DNA of 38,553 nt from Selaginella moellendorffii. Taxonomy: Eukaryota > Plantae > Lycopodiophyta. Under the pieces are notes generated by a model, which saw only the letters and a list, made by a program, of their open reading frames with translations, was not told the DNA's origin and did not search any database. Location of the stretch: the NCBI RefSeq assembly GCF_000143415.4, contig NW_003314300.1, forward strand, positions 549,720 to 588,272. The letters are read 5' to 3'. Of this stretch, positions 11,264 to 22,949 are shown piece after piece. Position 1 is the first letter of the stretch. Every line of letters starts with the position of its first letter. A program made the position numbers and the translations under genes.

Positions 11264-12764
11264 CTTCGTTTTCAACGACATCCTTCCATTCATGTCGTAC
11301 ACGTCACTTTGCCGTCCCGTCCCGTCATTGCCTTCCTCGCAGCAACTAATCTGCTGCATTGATCGCGGCCGCTCATTATCAGAGCAAGCCCGCCCCACAT
11401 CACCGCTTAAGACACAAACGGTCGCTCGTGGTTTGTGGCTGCCAGCCGCATATTCGCCTCCCACGGCAACGCATATTCTTGTGTGGTCAACCCTAGCTAG
11501 AGAGCGAACCAGTTTCCATTGTCTATTTTTTCAGAAATGAAAAAAATCGAAGAAAGGTGACGGCCCCGTTGACTTGCCTGTTTTGTAACGTTTTAGAAAT
11601 GCTTATAATCTGTCACCAAAATCTCACGTTACAAATTTCTTATAGCCAGCGCAGCGGGTTTGGAGAGATTTTCTTCTTTCTTTGTAGCGAGATTGAGATC
11701 CATGACGGGATCCTTCATGGATTTTTAAGCAAGAGAGAAATGGAACGGAGAGAGAGGAGAGGGCCTAGCGGTTGCTCAAACATCGATCATCGGACGGGCT
11801 CACATCCAAAACAACGACTTGCAAAGCGCGATTACGACTCCTTCTCCGGACCCTCCTCCCCTCTACAACGCAGATGAGCGAAATCGATTTTGATATACTT
11901 CCACTGCAACTTTTTTTCTTTGTTTTCTTTTTCTCGTTCTTCCTTTTTTTGTTGTTGTTTTGAGCTTTCGGAGAGGTCGATTGACAATGTCTTTTTGTTT
12001 GTCACCGTCGCTTTGGTCCATCCGCAGAGAAGGACCCGGCACCTGCAGCAAATTCACACACCGGGGCTAAGTCATTCGTTTTGCTGTCGTCCATCCTTTG
12101 CGTCGAGTTGCTTGCGTATATATATTATTTGGCGCTACAATGGATTGTCAACAACCAGGGATGTGGACTTGTTTCCATCCGGGTCAATTTCCTCAAGCAA
12201 CTTGTTGTTCTAGAATTAAAACCATGCGTTTTTGCGTAATGCATGGGCCATTCTGTGTGAATGCATAATGGGAACAAAGGAAAAGCCTAGGGCATTGACA
12301 ACAGTGGTCCCGTCAAACTGACTTGACTCTTGACTAGGTAGATTTGTCAAAACCGGCTGCAAAAAATTCAATTCAACCACTTTGCATGCAGCATGCATGC
12401 AAGCGTTCAGACTATGAATATGTTTTCCCCAGGAGTCATACTTTTTCAACTTTTTTGACACTGGCAATGTAGTTATAGGTACCAGTGAAGAAGAAATAGA
12501 GGGAAGCCATGCTTCTGCCAGTCCAAAGTACCAGCTTGAAAATCACAAAAAAGTCCATAAAATACTAATTTATTTGTCAAAATTTTTCTCCAGAGGCTCT
12601 GCAATGGAATGGATTGCAAGATTGAGAAAGAAAAAAGGAAAACAAAGGTGGCTGACTGCAGCTCTCAGAATCCCAGCTCTTTCGGTTACCTCCTCCACTA
12701 CCTTAAATGCGAAAAAACAAAAAACTCATCCATTCCATTGCAATGACCTGGACAGAAGCGTTAC

Positions 12765-12792
12765 GCCACGTGGTGCTAACGCAACACGTGGA
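12765..12792. promoter_or_regulatory. Paired G-box/ABRE (GCCACGTGG; ACACGTGG)
   Basis: CACGTG at 12767 and 12785, 18 bp apart, ~1.8 kb upstream of the MYB. Confidence 0.4.
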
Positions 12793-14146
12793 CGCTGTCC
12801 ATTGGCAGCGTGTCAGCTGCGATTTAGGGCAGCCAAATCTTTTGCGTTTGTCCGGGAGTAATTCTCAAACGATTTCAGTGGCGCCTGAGGGCGTGGGTGG
12901 TGTGTCGGATAGGCGCTACTCGTTTGTTTCACCCCAGCGATTTTGAAACTGACGAGAAAACAAAAGCTTCACGCATTTGCCCACACGAGGGACAATGCAG
13001 TGCTCAGCCCGGGAAGAGATTATTCCTTTTTTGACTACCGGCATATTCGACTCACAAGAAAGATAACATTAATGTCTCGGGCAGCATCTCTCGCTCTCTC
13101 GCAGGGAGCAAGGAAAGCGAAGAGAGATCGCTCTCAATGTTGTTAATTATATTATATTATTTGGATATATCATATTTTTTATATATATAATCTATACATC
13201 TCGAGTTTCTTTGTCAAGGATTCTTCTGCGCTGCATGTACCATTTCCCGTAGAGAAAATGAATCTAGAGTACTCCATTCTCTTCCTATTCAAAGTAGTAA
13301 AACGGACCACAACTTTGATGAGTTTGCCTACCACAAAAAAAAAAAAAAAAAACACTACTGATTGACAATGGCCTGCACGAATTCTGAGCTTTCAATCTTC
13401 CACCTTGACTAGCCAGGCTCACAGTTCTGTAATGTATATAATAGAAGTATATACCGATCGTTTTGAATGTCACGAGCTCAGCCACTCAAGGTTTTGCTCT
13501 TAGACATCCTTTGTCCACACTAAAAAGCTTTGCAACTTTGATCTTAATCTTCCTGAAAGGGCTGCTTTCACCGAAACAAATGGCCCCAGGTGACGATCAC
13601 CAGAAGGAAAATTTTCAATTGCATTAACATCTCTCATGCATGCGTATGAATTATTTTCTTCTTCTTTGAATTATGTAGTTTTTTTGTTTGTCCTGTTTCC
13701 GTTGGAACTTGTCAATTCAGTGAACGCACGAGCCCACAAATCCGTGTGGACCGGCCACAAATCTTTGTAGTATGTATGCATTCACTCTTTCGTAGTGGCA
13801 GGGGCTGGATGCTTGGATGGGTGTGAGAAAATGTCAAGCACACAGAGCTGGATTGGAAAGATTGTATTTGTTCCATTTCCAATCACTTTGATGCAACTGT
13901 CCTTCACTCCAACAATAATACATGTTTTTGAGGTCTTTTGGAGCACAAGAAAAACCAGTATTTTTACCTACCTACTCCCTTGAACTTGTGATGTTCTCAG
14001 CTCCTCCATTCGTTGGAGATAGATGGGCACACTGCTTGGTTCTCCAGAAGGCTAAGGAGATCCCTTTGGCTCCAACAGTCTTGTCCCCATAGAGAGAGAG
14101 ACACACACAAGCTCTCTTTTATTTTTAGCGAAAGAGCTCTCTTTTT

Positions 14147-14170
14147 AGAGAGAGAGAGAGAGAGAGAGAG
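14147..14170. repeat. (AG)n microsatellite
   Basis: Direct reading. Confidence 0.85.
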
Positions 14171-14712
14171 CGCGCGAGCGAGACGCAAGCTCAATTTCCC
14201 ACTATGACGGTCATTGGAAGCGATCATCGTGCTTGTTCTCTTCCTTGTCCTCTTGCCCATGCGCCCAGATTCGTCCCTACATTGTGTTCTTCGATATCAA
14301 GCAGCCTGCGCCGCTCTCTGCATGGAGTGGAGTGGAAGTCTACCGCGAGACCACGTGAGCTGAGAGTTCTTATGGCCTTCCAGCTCGGAAAGCAGTCTTG
14401 GAAGTTACTTGTCCAGCATGATACATCCTCACCACAGGCCTTAGAAGAGATCATTCTTTGTTTTTCCTAAGCTATGATCTTTCTTTGTATTCCCTGATAT
14501 TTTGTGAGTGAAATATGTGTAAGCTTTTTTCTTTTTTAACAAATGACAAAGGTATTTCATGATATTTTATATAAATATTTATTTTCCTAAATGACTACAA
14601 TCTTTTTTTGTTTGCTTTAAACTTGGTAAGCAATACATCTAGAATATTTAGGCATGTTCTAGGCCATTCCTTAATCTAACGATTGTGATTTTTTACTGTT
14701 AAACTTTTCAAA

Positions 14713-15475
14713 CCTCTAAACTTTGGCCTTTCTTTTCTAATGTAGCAAAGAATTAGGGTGGTCCTCAAGAACCTTGTAATATTTCTGGCCTAGTCTAGAA
14801 AGAGAGTTATAACAATATCAGAGTGCATATTGTGGCATATATAATCTTGGACTAATAGAAAAAAAATGTTCTAAATACCAATCTAAGGATATCAATGTTC
14901 TCAATTTTTTGTAATTAGTTTTTCAATATAATTATATTTAATCCAGATTTAATTTAAGATATTATATCTGTATTTAATAATTAAGATATTATGAATATTT
15001 ATTTTTAACTTCCTAAATAAAACTAGAAATTATTATTTATAGCACACTTTATCTCTCTCCCTATAATCCAACTGAAAAGGGGTAATTGTTTGATAAAAAA
15101 ACCTCTAGTGCCTATTTTATTCCCATTTATTTCTCAAGAGTCCAAAGATTTATAATGATAGTATATTTAAATCTCATTCTATAATCAAATGTATTATATG
15201 GTTATAGTTTATTTTTTATGAATTATTTATTTTGTAAGAAATGGAAAAAATTAAAGAAAGTTGATAGCCCATTGACATAGATATCTTATAATGTTTTAGA
15301 AATGCTTATAATCTGCAACAATAGCAATCCAAAATCTAACATTACAAATTTCTTATGGCCAGCACTGCAGGTTTAGAGAAATTTTTTTCATTTATGTAGC
15401 CATGACAGGATTATTCATGAATTTTTAAGCAAGAGATAAAAGAAAATGAAGAGAGAGTAGAGGGTTTAGCAGTCA
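14713..15475. repeat. AT-rich dispersed repeat, copy A (copy B at 27163-27848); its 3' end is homologous to the MYB upstream region 11590-11770
   Basis: cctctaaactttggcct...ttttctaatgtagcaaagaattagggtggtcct shared with 27163; tagaaatgcttataatct shared with ~11594 and ~27763. Confidence 0.9.
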
Positions 15476-15749
15476 TCCAAAATGACACAATTACAAGCAA
15501 TTGAGCAATATAGTGGGAGTGGTTCTAACGTTTTTTAAAAACCATTTAAATTTTGTTGAAAGTTTCTTCTCTTAAAGTTGAGTGTGGATCTATAAACACA
15601 CAAAACTATTGATTTAAATTAAAATTTAGAGATGCAGATTTCATGATAAGTATAGTACTTAGTTGAGATAGCAGTTTTCTTCTCTAGAATCTTGATAGTT
15701 TCTTACTATTTTGAGTCCAGTGAAAATCCCTTGGGACTATTTCTAGTTG

Positions 15750-15950
15750 ATGATCCGGAACTAAGGAGTTGAGCCCACAGGACAACACTAGTGTGGGCTT
15801 GTTAATGTGTTTGCAAGAGAGCTAGACAAGGCCAAGGAGTTCATCCACAACATGCCTTTTGAGCCCAACAGTATTACTTGGGTCTTGCTGTTGGTGGCTT
15901 GCCAGAAAATCCACAAGGAGCTTGAGCTACTAAGAGGCTCTTGGCGCTAG
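15750..15950 (+). pseudogene. PPR S2/E-domain fragment
   Basis: Reads GVEPTGQH*CGLVNVFAR..LDKAKEFIHNMPFEPNSITWVLLLVACQKIHKELEL, with stops and frameshifts. Confidence 0.8.
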
Positions 15951-16107
15951 GGTTGGTGTCATAATCAAATTTCTATGTGCTGAATTATGGTATATTTAGT
16001 AAAATGTATTTAACTTTACAATTAGGGCTTGCATTCTTTCTTTCTTTTTTATCAAAGCCATAAAGAGGGTGAGAGAATATGGAGATTAGAGTTTTACAAC
16101 GCTTGAC

Positions 16108-16655
16108 ATGGCAACCAAAGTAAAGAATAAAAAGGTAAAGGTGACACACAATTCCCCACTACTACCACCAGTTGTGGAGGAAAAACCCACACTTGTGTTA
16201 GACATGGATGAGATGCCCACAAGGCCATAGTGTCCTTCAAGCTCTTCAATAGGAAAACTCTTCCACTAAAGTATTACCTTGTTGCAAAGCGGTTGAGTGT
16301 GGATACATTTCTAAATGAGATGAGTCAGATATACAAGATTGTGGTTTTTATGCAGACAAGATATTGGATAAGTTTGACTTAGCTGGGAATCTCTTCACCC
16401 ATTGCCTTTACAAAGATTCATGCTCGCCCAAGGAAGTCAGAGGGAGAAAAGTTGTGAAAGATCTTTCAAGATTAGGGCAGGATCTCAAACACATGGTAAT
16501 CATGGAAAAAAGCTAGAATCCTTTTGTTTGTAGCCTAGTCATTCAGAAACAAGAAAGGGCATAAATATGATGAATTAAAGACAATAAGCAATCTGCTTAA
16601 GAAAATTGCAAGAGTTGAAAATGTAAAACAAACATTGAAGAAGCTTAAAAGTTAG
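16108..16655 (+). pseudogene. FCP1/SCP-like (NIF-domain) HAD phosphatase pseudogene with no evident introns
   Basis: PLLPPVVEEKPTLVLDMDE (DxD motif), YYLVAKR..VDTFLNEMSQIYKIVVF, ADKILDKFD..GNLFTHCLYKDSC, VKDLSRLGQDLKHMVI; interrupted by frameshifts and stops. Confidence 0.85.
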
Positions 16656-16966
16656 AGAAAAGATCTTGTAAAAAGAAACTCATGTATCCACTGTGTATGC
16701 TGTAACACTGCTCACTCTAAATTGATTGTGGCATTGTCTCCCTCACAAAAACAAATGTCCAATTTAACTTTGGAAACAATGTTATGGCAAATCATAATCA
16801 GAAAAACATCTCAAGTTTCAGTCTGATTCATTACTTGAGAGTCAATCGATAATTGTGATGCTTAAGCAGTGTCATCCTCTCTGTCCTGAAACGCAACATA
16901 GAGCCTCCCAAAATCCCATGGCTCAATCACCTGGCCTATCCTTTTAGTGTGGCTTGACAAGAGTGG

Positions 16967-17106
16967 TACGATGTCATTATGCTCACTATTTTGTTGTCCA
17001 TCCCCACCTACAAATCAAACATGGACGAGAGTGGTATATAGTTTGGATACGATCTCATTATGCTCACTGTTTTGTTGTCCATTCCCACCTACAAATCAAA
17101 CATGGA
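16967..17106. repeat. Two ~59-bp direct repeats, period 81
   Basis: tacgat(g/c)tcattatgctcact(a/g)ttttgttgtccat(c/t)cccacctacaaatcaaacatgga at 16967 and 17048. Confidence 0.9.
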
Positions 17107-17277
17107 GTGAGGAAAACAGAACAAAAACAAAGTTTGTAAACAAGAGAAGTTTATACCTGTAAGATATCTCTAGTGAATAAAACACCCCTCCCTTGAGCTC
17201 CATGAGACCAGTGGAGGATTTGTGCAACAGCAAAATGGCTAAAAGCGTGAGTCCCTCCCATAGTAGAACGCACCGCC

Positions 17278-17989
17278 ATGATCGTGGCATATGCCTATCA
17301 TGGGCATCTCTCGCACGCGGGTGAGGTGTTCGATATCCTGCTGTGGACGGCCATGATCCAAGGCCACTGCCAGAACCAGCGGCTAGATGAAGCTATGATA
17401 GAATGCCCTAGTAACATGGACGACCATGATTACGGCATATGCCCAAGGAGGGCATATGGAGCAAGCAAAGAGTCTCTTTGAAGAAGCCCCGGATCTTAAT
17501 GAGGTGGCATGTATGGCTATGATAGACGGCTATGCATCTAATGGCTGCGTGGAAGAGGCTAAAGATTTGTTTGAGAGACTGCCAAACAAGGACGTGGTGG
17601 CTTGGAACTCCATGATGTGCGCTTATGCCTCGAATGGGCATTTGGACGAGGCACTAGATTCCTTCCAAGAGATGGCTCACCGCAACGAGATCTCTTGGGC
17701 GACAATGATCCATATGCTCGCATCTATAAACCATCTTGAAAATCCACAGTTTATTGTCGATCGAATGCCTCACGAGAGCAAGATGGCGTGCACAGCGCTC
17801 CTTGCGGCCTATCTCTGGAACGTCCACCTCCAAGAAGCGATGAGCCTCTTCCGGGCACCAAACTCGAGTTTCCAAGAGGAGTCCCTTGTGAGCGAAACCC
17901 GGCACCATTGCCATCCAGACGATCGCATCGCACTCCTTGCTCTCGAGAGAATGCCAGAGCAAGACTTAGTCTCACACACACAATGTTAA
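17278..17989 (+). pseudogene. PLS-class PPR fragment, frameshifted
   Basis: MIVAYAYHGHLSHAGEVFD...; MITAYAQGGHMEQAKSLFEE; LFERLPNKDVVAWNSMMCAYASNGHLDEALDSF. Frameshift near 17410, no E/DYW end. Confidence 0.85.
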
Positions 17990-18229
17990 AAGTTAAATTC
18001 CAAGACTAATGTAAAACACTTACCGAGGTGACAACACATGACCCGCTCCAGTATCGAGATAGGACTTCGCGTTCCCCAAGTTTATACCACCACCAACCTG
18101 CAAGCCACTTGAAATCTAGCAGAAAACAGCGTTTTTCAAGATCTAAAAATTGTGAGAACAACCAGCGAAGACTGTGACGAATCCAACAGAGTAGAATCAT
18201 CCATTTCTTGACCACTTTGTGAAGCTTAA

Positions 18230-18600
18230 GTTCAAAGAACAAAACATGGCCTAGAAACATGGCCTAGCCGTGTAAAGGAAGGCTAAGATCCACAGAAAAA
18301 ACGTCATGGAAAACACACAGAGAGTTCTACTATGGAGCACTGTAGTTTGCTGATGGATCGCCATGGTCGTCGCTGGTGTGGACACAGAAACTATCGAGAT
18401 TTTGGAGAGAGAACTAAAGAAAACCGCAGCGGCAAAAGCCGCAGTGATGACCAGGCATGAGAGGAGCGATGCAAGCACAAGCTTTCGAGTAGGAGCCATA
18501 ATTTCTGGAGAGCCAAGAGAAAAGAGAATAGATTGAGCAAACAAAGGGGGCAATCTCCCATAGATAAAGATCCAGGAGCACGAACTCACACAAAAGCTCG
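18230..18600 (-). pseudogene. Inverted copy A of a signal-peptide exon module (ATG at 18499, MAPTRKLVLASLLSCLVITAAFAA)
   Basis: Reverse-complement homology with 20715-21110. Confidence 0.7.
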
Positions 18601-19179
18601 CACAAACTTTTACTCCAGTGGCAGTAGTAGCACCTTAACGTTGATCACCATGGTTTCACCACCATCGTTGGAATCATCTACAATGAAACACACGTTCTCT
18701 ATGCTGAAGTCAGAATAGATATCAGCAAAAGACGAACATCTTGAGGCGAGTTTAGATTGGAGCTAAAGGAAATTTGGAGCTCTTGGATTCTTTCTCAGCC
18801 GGCAAGCTTCTGCCTTCAGTGACTCAAATCCGCTTTACATCCATGCTGGAGATCAGAACCAAAGCTACTGAACTCTCTCTGCGTTCCAGAATATGCGATC
18901 GAACAAATCTTCAGTTATGTCAAGGTTCGTTCCCAGTAAGTTCAGTTCACTAGTACTGCGCATACTCCTCTCAAACTGTGGATTGCCATTTAAGCGGGAC
19001 AACGCTCCCACCTCCAAAACCAGCGAGACTGAGAGAAAAAATCCATGAAATTTATACTTAAACCAAGGAAAAAAACGAAGAAAGGAACGAAACTCGCTGC
19101 TTACCACACCCGGAAGTGCTTGTCTCGGTCGTCTCGTTTGCATGCACTCCGGTCTGTGAAAAGCTTCAAGCTCTCGCAG

Positions 19180-19260
19180 CTGGGATTCGATGAGGATCTT
19201 GTCAAAATCTTGGGCCAATGGTCTCCAGGACGGATCATCTTGGACTCTCTTGGTGTGTAA
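19180..19260 (+). pseudogene. HISN3: Isolated HISN3 exon fragment (LGFDEDLVKILGQWSP)
   Basis: Homologous to 20244-20300 and 22175-22235. Confidence 0.7.
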
Positions 19261-19399
19261 GTTATGAGTGATTAACCTCTTTGATTGATCGATCGATCTC
19301 CATTCCCCGATCGATCAATGAGTGTAGAATGAGATGATCACTGGCTATGTGCAGCTCGGCAAGATGAAACGATTCAACTACTTGTCTTGCCACTTTCCT

Positions 19400-19478
19400 T
19401 CGACGTCCAAACTTTTGCCACCGCTCGTCATGACTATGCACACTCCATCCTGGCAAAAATTTCATATGTTACAAGTTA
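19400..19478 (-). pseudogene. HISN3: Inverted HISN3 intron/exon fragment (..ERWQKF)
   Basis: Reverse complement matches 20020-20095 (cttgtaacacatgaaacttttgccaggatggagt...cggtggcaaaagttt). Confidence 0.75.
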
Positions 19479-19483
19479 TGTTT

Positions 19484-19484
<1 letters not shown>

Positions 19485-19527
<43 letters not shown>
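19485..19527. repeat. (AG)~21 microsatellite where the missing HISN3 5' exon would be expected
   Basis: Direct reading. Confidence 0.9.
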
Positions 19528-19530
<3 letters not shown>

Positions 19531-19558
19531 AATGTTGGATGTGTGCGTTTTTTTGTAG

Positions 19559-20520
19559 GGAAAGGTGAAGCAAATCGTGGGATCTACTCTGCTGGATTCG
19601 TCGCAGTCTTCGCTGGTTGTGAATTTCGAGTCGGAGAAATCGGCTGCCGAGTTTGCTGGAATGTATCGCCGCGATGATCTTCCCGGCGGACACGTGATCA
19701 GCGCTCACGGCACTGGAAGCGTATCCGGGCAAGTATTTGTTTCTAGATTTTGACAGCTCTCGTTTCTGCTAAATTTCAGGTGGCTTACAGATCGGTGGTG
19801 GTGTCAACTTAGGGAACACAAAGTCTTATCTGGAGCGAGTCATGTGATTGTCACCTCGGTGAGTGTTTTATATCAGTCTTATGAGGGAATAACTCCAACT
19901 TTGGTTTTTCTAGTTCGTGTTTAAGGACGGCAAGGTCGACACTGAAAGGCTCCAGCAGCTAGTACGCCTTGTTGGCCGGAAGAGGCTCGTTTTGGACCTG
20001 AGTTGCAGAAAGAAGGGGGATAGCTTGTAACACATGAAACTTTTGCCAGGATGGAGTATACATGGTCCTGACCGACCGGTGGCAAAAGTTTAGCGATCTG
20101 TCTATCACTGAAGAAACTCTAGCCAGTTTGGTGCAATCAGACGACGAGTTTCTTGTCCATGTGGTGGACGTTGAAGGAAAGCGGTAAGACAAGTAGTGAG
20201 AATAGTTTAAGCTGGAATCTTATCGCTACCACTGCTACTCCAGGCTGGGAATCGACGTCAAGATCTTGGGCCAATGGTCTCCAGTACGTATCATCTTGGA
20301 CTCTTCATGATCTTGGTGTCTTAGTTGTGAGTGAGTATTGATGTAGATCCGGGTTACGTATGCTGGTGGAGTAACATCGCTCGAAGGTCTGGATCTCATC
20401 AAAAATGCTGGGCGAGGCGTTGTAGACGTGACTGTTGGCTCTGCTCTCGACATATTTGGAGGCAATGTTTCATATTGCGATGTCTTGAATTGGCACAGAG
20501 ATCAGCAAAAAAAATGCTGA
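19559..20520 (+). pseudogene. HISN3: HISN3/HisA-type (BBMII; ProFAR isomerase) pseudogene, 5'-truncated and frameshifted
   Basis: Exons read [142 protein letters not shown]. There is a deletion plus frameshift after GGHVI, a damaged donor after CRKK, and no FRPCIDIH exon. Confidence 0.93.
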
Positions 20521-20806
20521 TTTACTTGTCTTAACCTTGTCTAATCTCACTTTTTTGTTTCTGATGTACTCTTGGGATTTTCTAGCTGGCGAATTTGGAT
20601 CGGGATTCCTAGCATCGTCGTCTTTTGATCAGCCCTAAATTGTGTTCATGGCAACGGTAATCACTGCCGGTAGCTATGACCATTCAGTGACCAACACTTC
20701 GCATTCTAGAAGTCGGTGGGAGCTTCTGTGTGAGTCTGTGCTCGTGGAGCTTTACCTATGGCTGCCCCTTTTGTTTTCTCATTCCTTTTGCTCCTGTTCT
20801 GGAGAA

Positions 20807-20888
20807 ATGGCTCCTTCTCAAAAGCTTCTGCTTGCATTGCTCCTATCGTGCCTTCTCATCACTGCTGCTTTTGCTGCTGGAAATGAAG
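20807..20888 (+). CDS. First exon of an unidentified secreted protein (MAPSQKLLLALLLSCLLITAAFAAGNE|), copy B; possibly a pseudogene
   Basis: Typical signal-peptide n/h/c regions followed by an AG|gtagc donor. Two more copies at 18499(-) and ~22560-22612. Downstream exons not identified. Confidence 0.45.
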
Positions 20889-21522
20889 GTAGCAGTTTTC
20901 TTCTCTAGAATCTTGATAGTTTCTTACTGTTTGAGCTGGATTTACAGACCATGTGATGGATCAAACAAACACTTGTGGGCTCGATAGAGCTCTGTTCTGT
21001 GCGTGTTTTCCACGATTTTTGGTTGGATGTTTTTTGTATTTCTTTTCAAGGCTAGGCCATGTTATGTTCTTCCCTAGCTATGTTATGTTCTTTGAGAACT
21101 TCAACTAAACAAGTTTTTTTTCACTTCCACAGGTCCAAGAACACACTCATTGTAAAACATTTCTTGGATTTGCCTGCCCCGCAAAGACTGGCCAAGGTGG
21201 CTGGACAATTCAAGGCCAAGAACCGAGATTTTCGTTTACAACCCAGGCTGGTCTATTTGGCAATACCAACCAGTGCCAAAACATTTGCAACTTCGCTGTT
21301 TGAGTGCCAAGAACCATGGCTGGAACAGCCTAGTGCCTATTGCAATTTGGCCAGGTCTTATTAGAACTGGCCAGGCACTATTAAGGTGGAGTCATCTTTA
21401 GTTGTGAACTCTCAAAGAACATAACATGGCCAGGAAAGAACATAACATGACATAAGACATGGAAATAATTTACAATGTTAAATTCTGATCCTACTGCTGC
21501 AATGCCATTTGAACTCCTTGCT

Positions 21523-21662
21523 ATGATCACATGTTCGCAGGGAAGATCACCCCTACGTACATTCCAACAAACTTGGCGGCCGATTTCTCTCACTCAAAAT
21601 TCACAACCACTGAAGACTGCGATGAATCCATCAGAGTAGACCCCATTAGTTGCTTCCTTACT
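21523..21662 (-). pseudogene. HISN3: Inverted copy of the HISN3 exon KQ..GSTL..NFE.EKSAA
   Basis: Reverse complement matches 19563-19700. Confidence 0.85.
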
Positions 21663-21799
21663 CATTGTATTATCTCTACACTCCATAAAGAACCCTTACA
21701 TTGTATGCAGGGGTGAAACCGCACAGCTTGACGATCGGCTGGAATTCTCCCATGTGAATTGCAATCCAGTTCAAAACCGGGGAGATTCTTTAAGCTTGA

Positions 21800-22420
21800 A
21801 AGCAGCGCTCACGGCACTATTGGGCAAGTAATGTTTAGCAAATTTTTCTTTCTATTACATTGATCTTCTCCTGGCTTGCAGATCGGTGGTGGTGTCAACT
21901 TGTGGAACACGAAGTCTTAACTCGATGCTGGAGCGCGTCATGTGATTGCCAGTGTTTTATATCGTCCTAGGTTGGAAGAGTGGACCTGAGTTGCAGCAAG
22001 AAGGCGAGTAAATTCCTTGTAGTAACATATCTAAAAGAAAAAGTCTTGTCAGGATGGAGTATACTGACTGGTGGCAAAAAGTTTAGTGATCTGCCAATCA
22101 TTGATAGAAACTCTGGTTTGGCGCAATCGCAAGTTTTTTGTCCATGAGGTGGATCTTGGAACCGCCACACCAGGCTGGGAATCAATGAGGAGCTTGTCAA
22201 CATCTTGGTCTCCAGTACATATCATCTTGGACTCTTCATGCTTAGTTGTGAGTGACTATTGGTGTAACTCCCAGTTACATATGCTGGTGCAGTAACATCG
22301 CTCGAAGATCTGGATCTCATCAGAAATGCTGGACTGCCAGCTCTTCTCTCAACATATTTGGAGGCAATGTTTCATATTGCGATGTCTTGTGTTGGGACAG
22401 AGATCAGCAAAAAAACTGTT
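21800..22420 (+). pseudogene. HISN3: Further, more deleted HISN3 copy (3' exons), followed by a truncated signal-peptide exon (copy C, ~22555-22612)
   Basis: Collinear with 19700-20520 (gcgctcacggcact; cagatcggtggtggtgtcaactt; atatttggaggcaatgtttcatattgcgatgtcttg; cacttctgcttttgctgctggaaatgaagg). Confidence 0.88.
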
Positions 22421-22949
22421 GATTTACTTGTCATAACCTTTGTCTATATCACATTTTTGGTTGTGATGTACTCCCCTTGCAAATGTGGATCAGGATTCCA
22501 AGCATAATTGTGTTCATGGTAACAGTAATCGACAATAACTCCTCACACTGTGTCTTGTGGAGCTTTACCTTGTGCTTGCTCATCACTTCTGCTTTTGCTG
22601 CTGGAAATGAAGGTTACTTGCATGTCCATAGAATCTATTAGCTTTGTAGCATGTGAGAGCTACCTAGCTTGCTTGTTTCTACTATTAGTCTTCTAGCATC
22701 AGAACAACTTGGCAGCTCAGCATGATGATTTGCTCTTCTCACTATAGTGACTTTCCAGCAAATGATGGATAAAATTCTTTGTGATATGTTATAGATGACT
22801 ATTGATTTCATAAATACTTACTTTAGGTATTGTATTTTTTATAGAGGTTTGCAAATTAATCATGACAAACTTGTAGATTTTATTGATCATATTTTTAATC
22901 ATAATGTAGCATTGTGAGTGTTGTTGAAGTTATCAACATCAGCTTTCAT

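Noticed and set aside
13081-13135. Short GA/CT-rich hairpin as a MIRNA (miR156/529/535-like)
   Set aside because: Pairing derives from simple CT/GA tracts and no mature miRNA match was seen.
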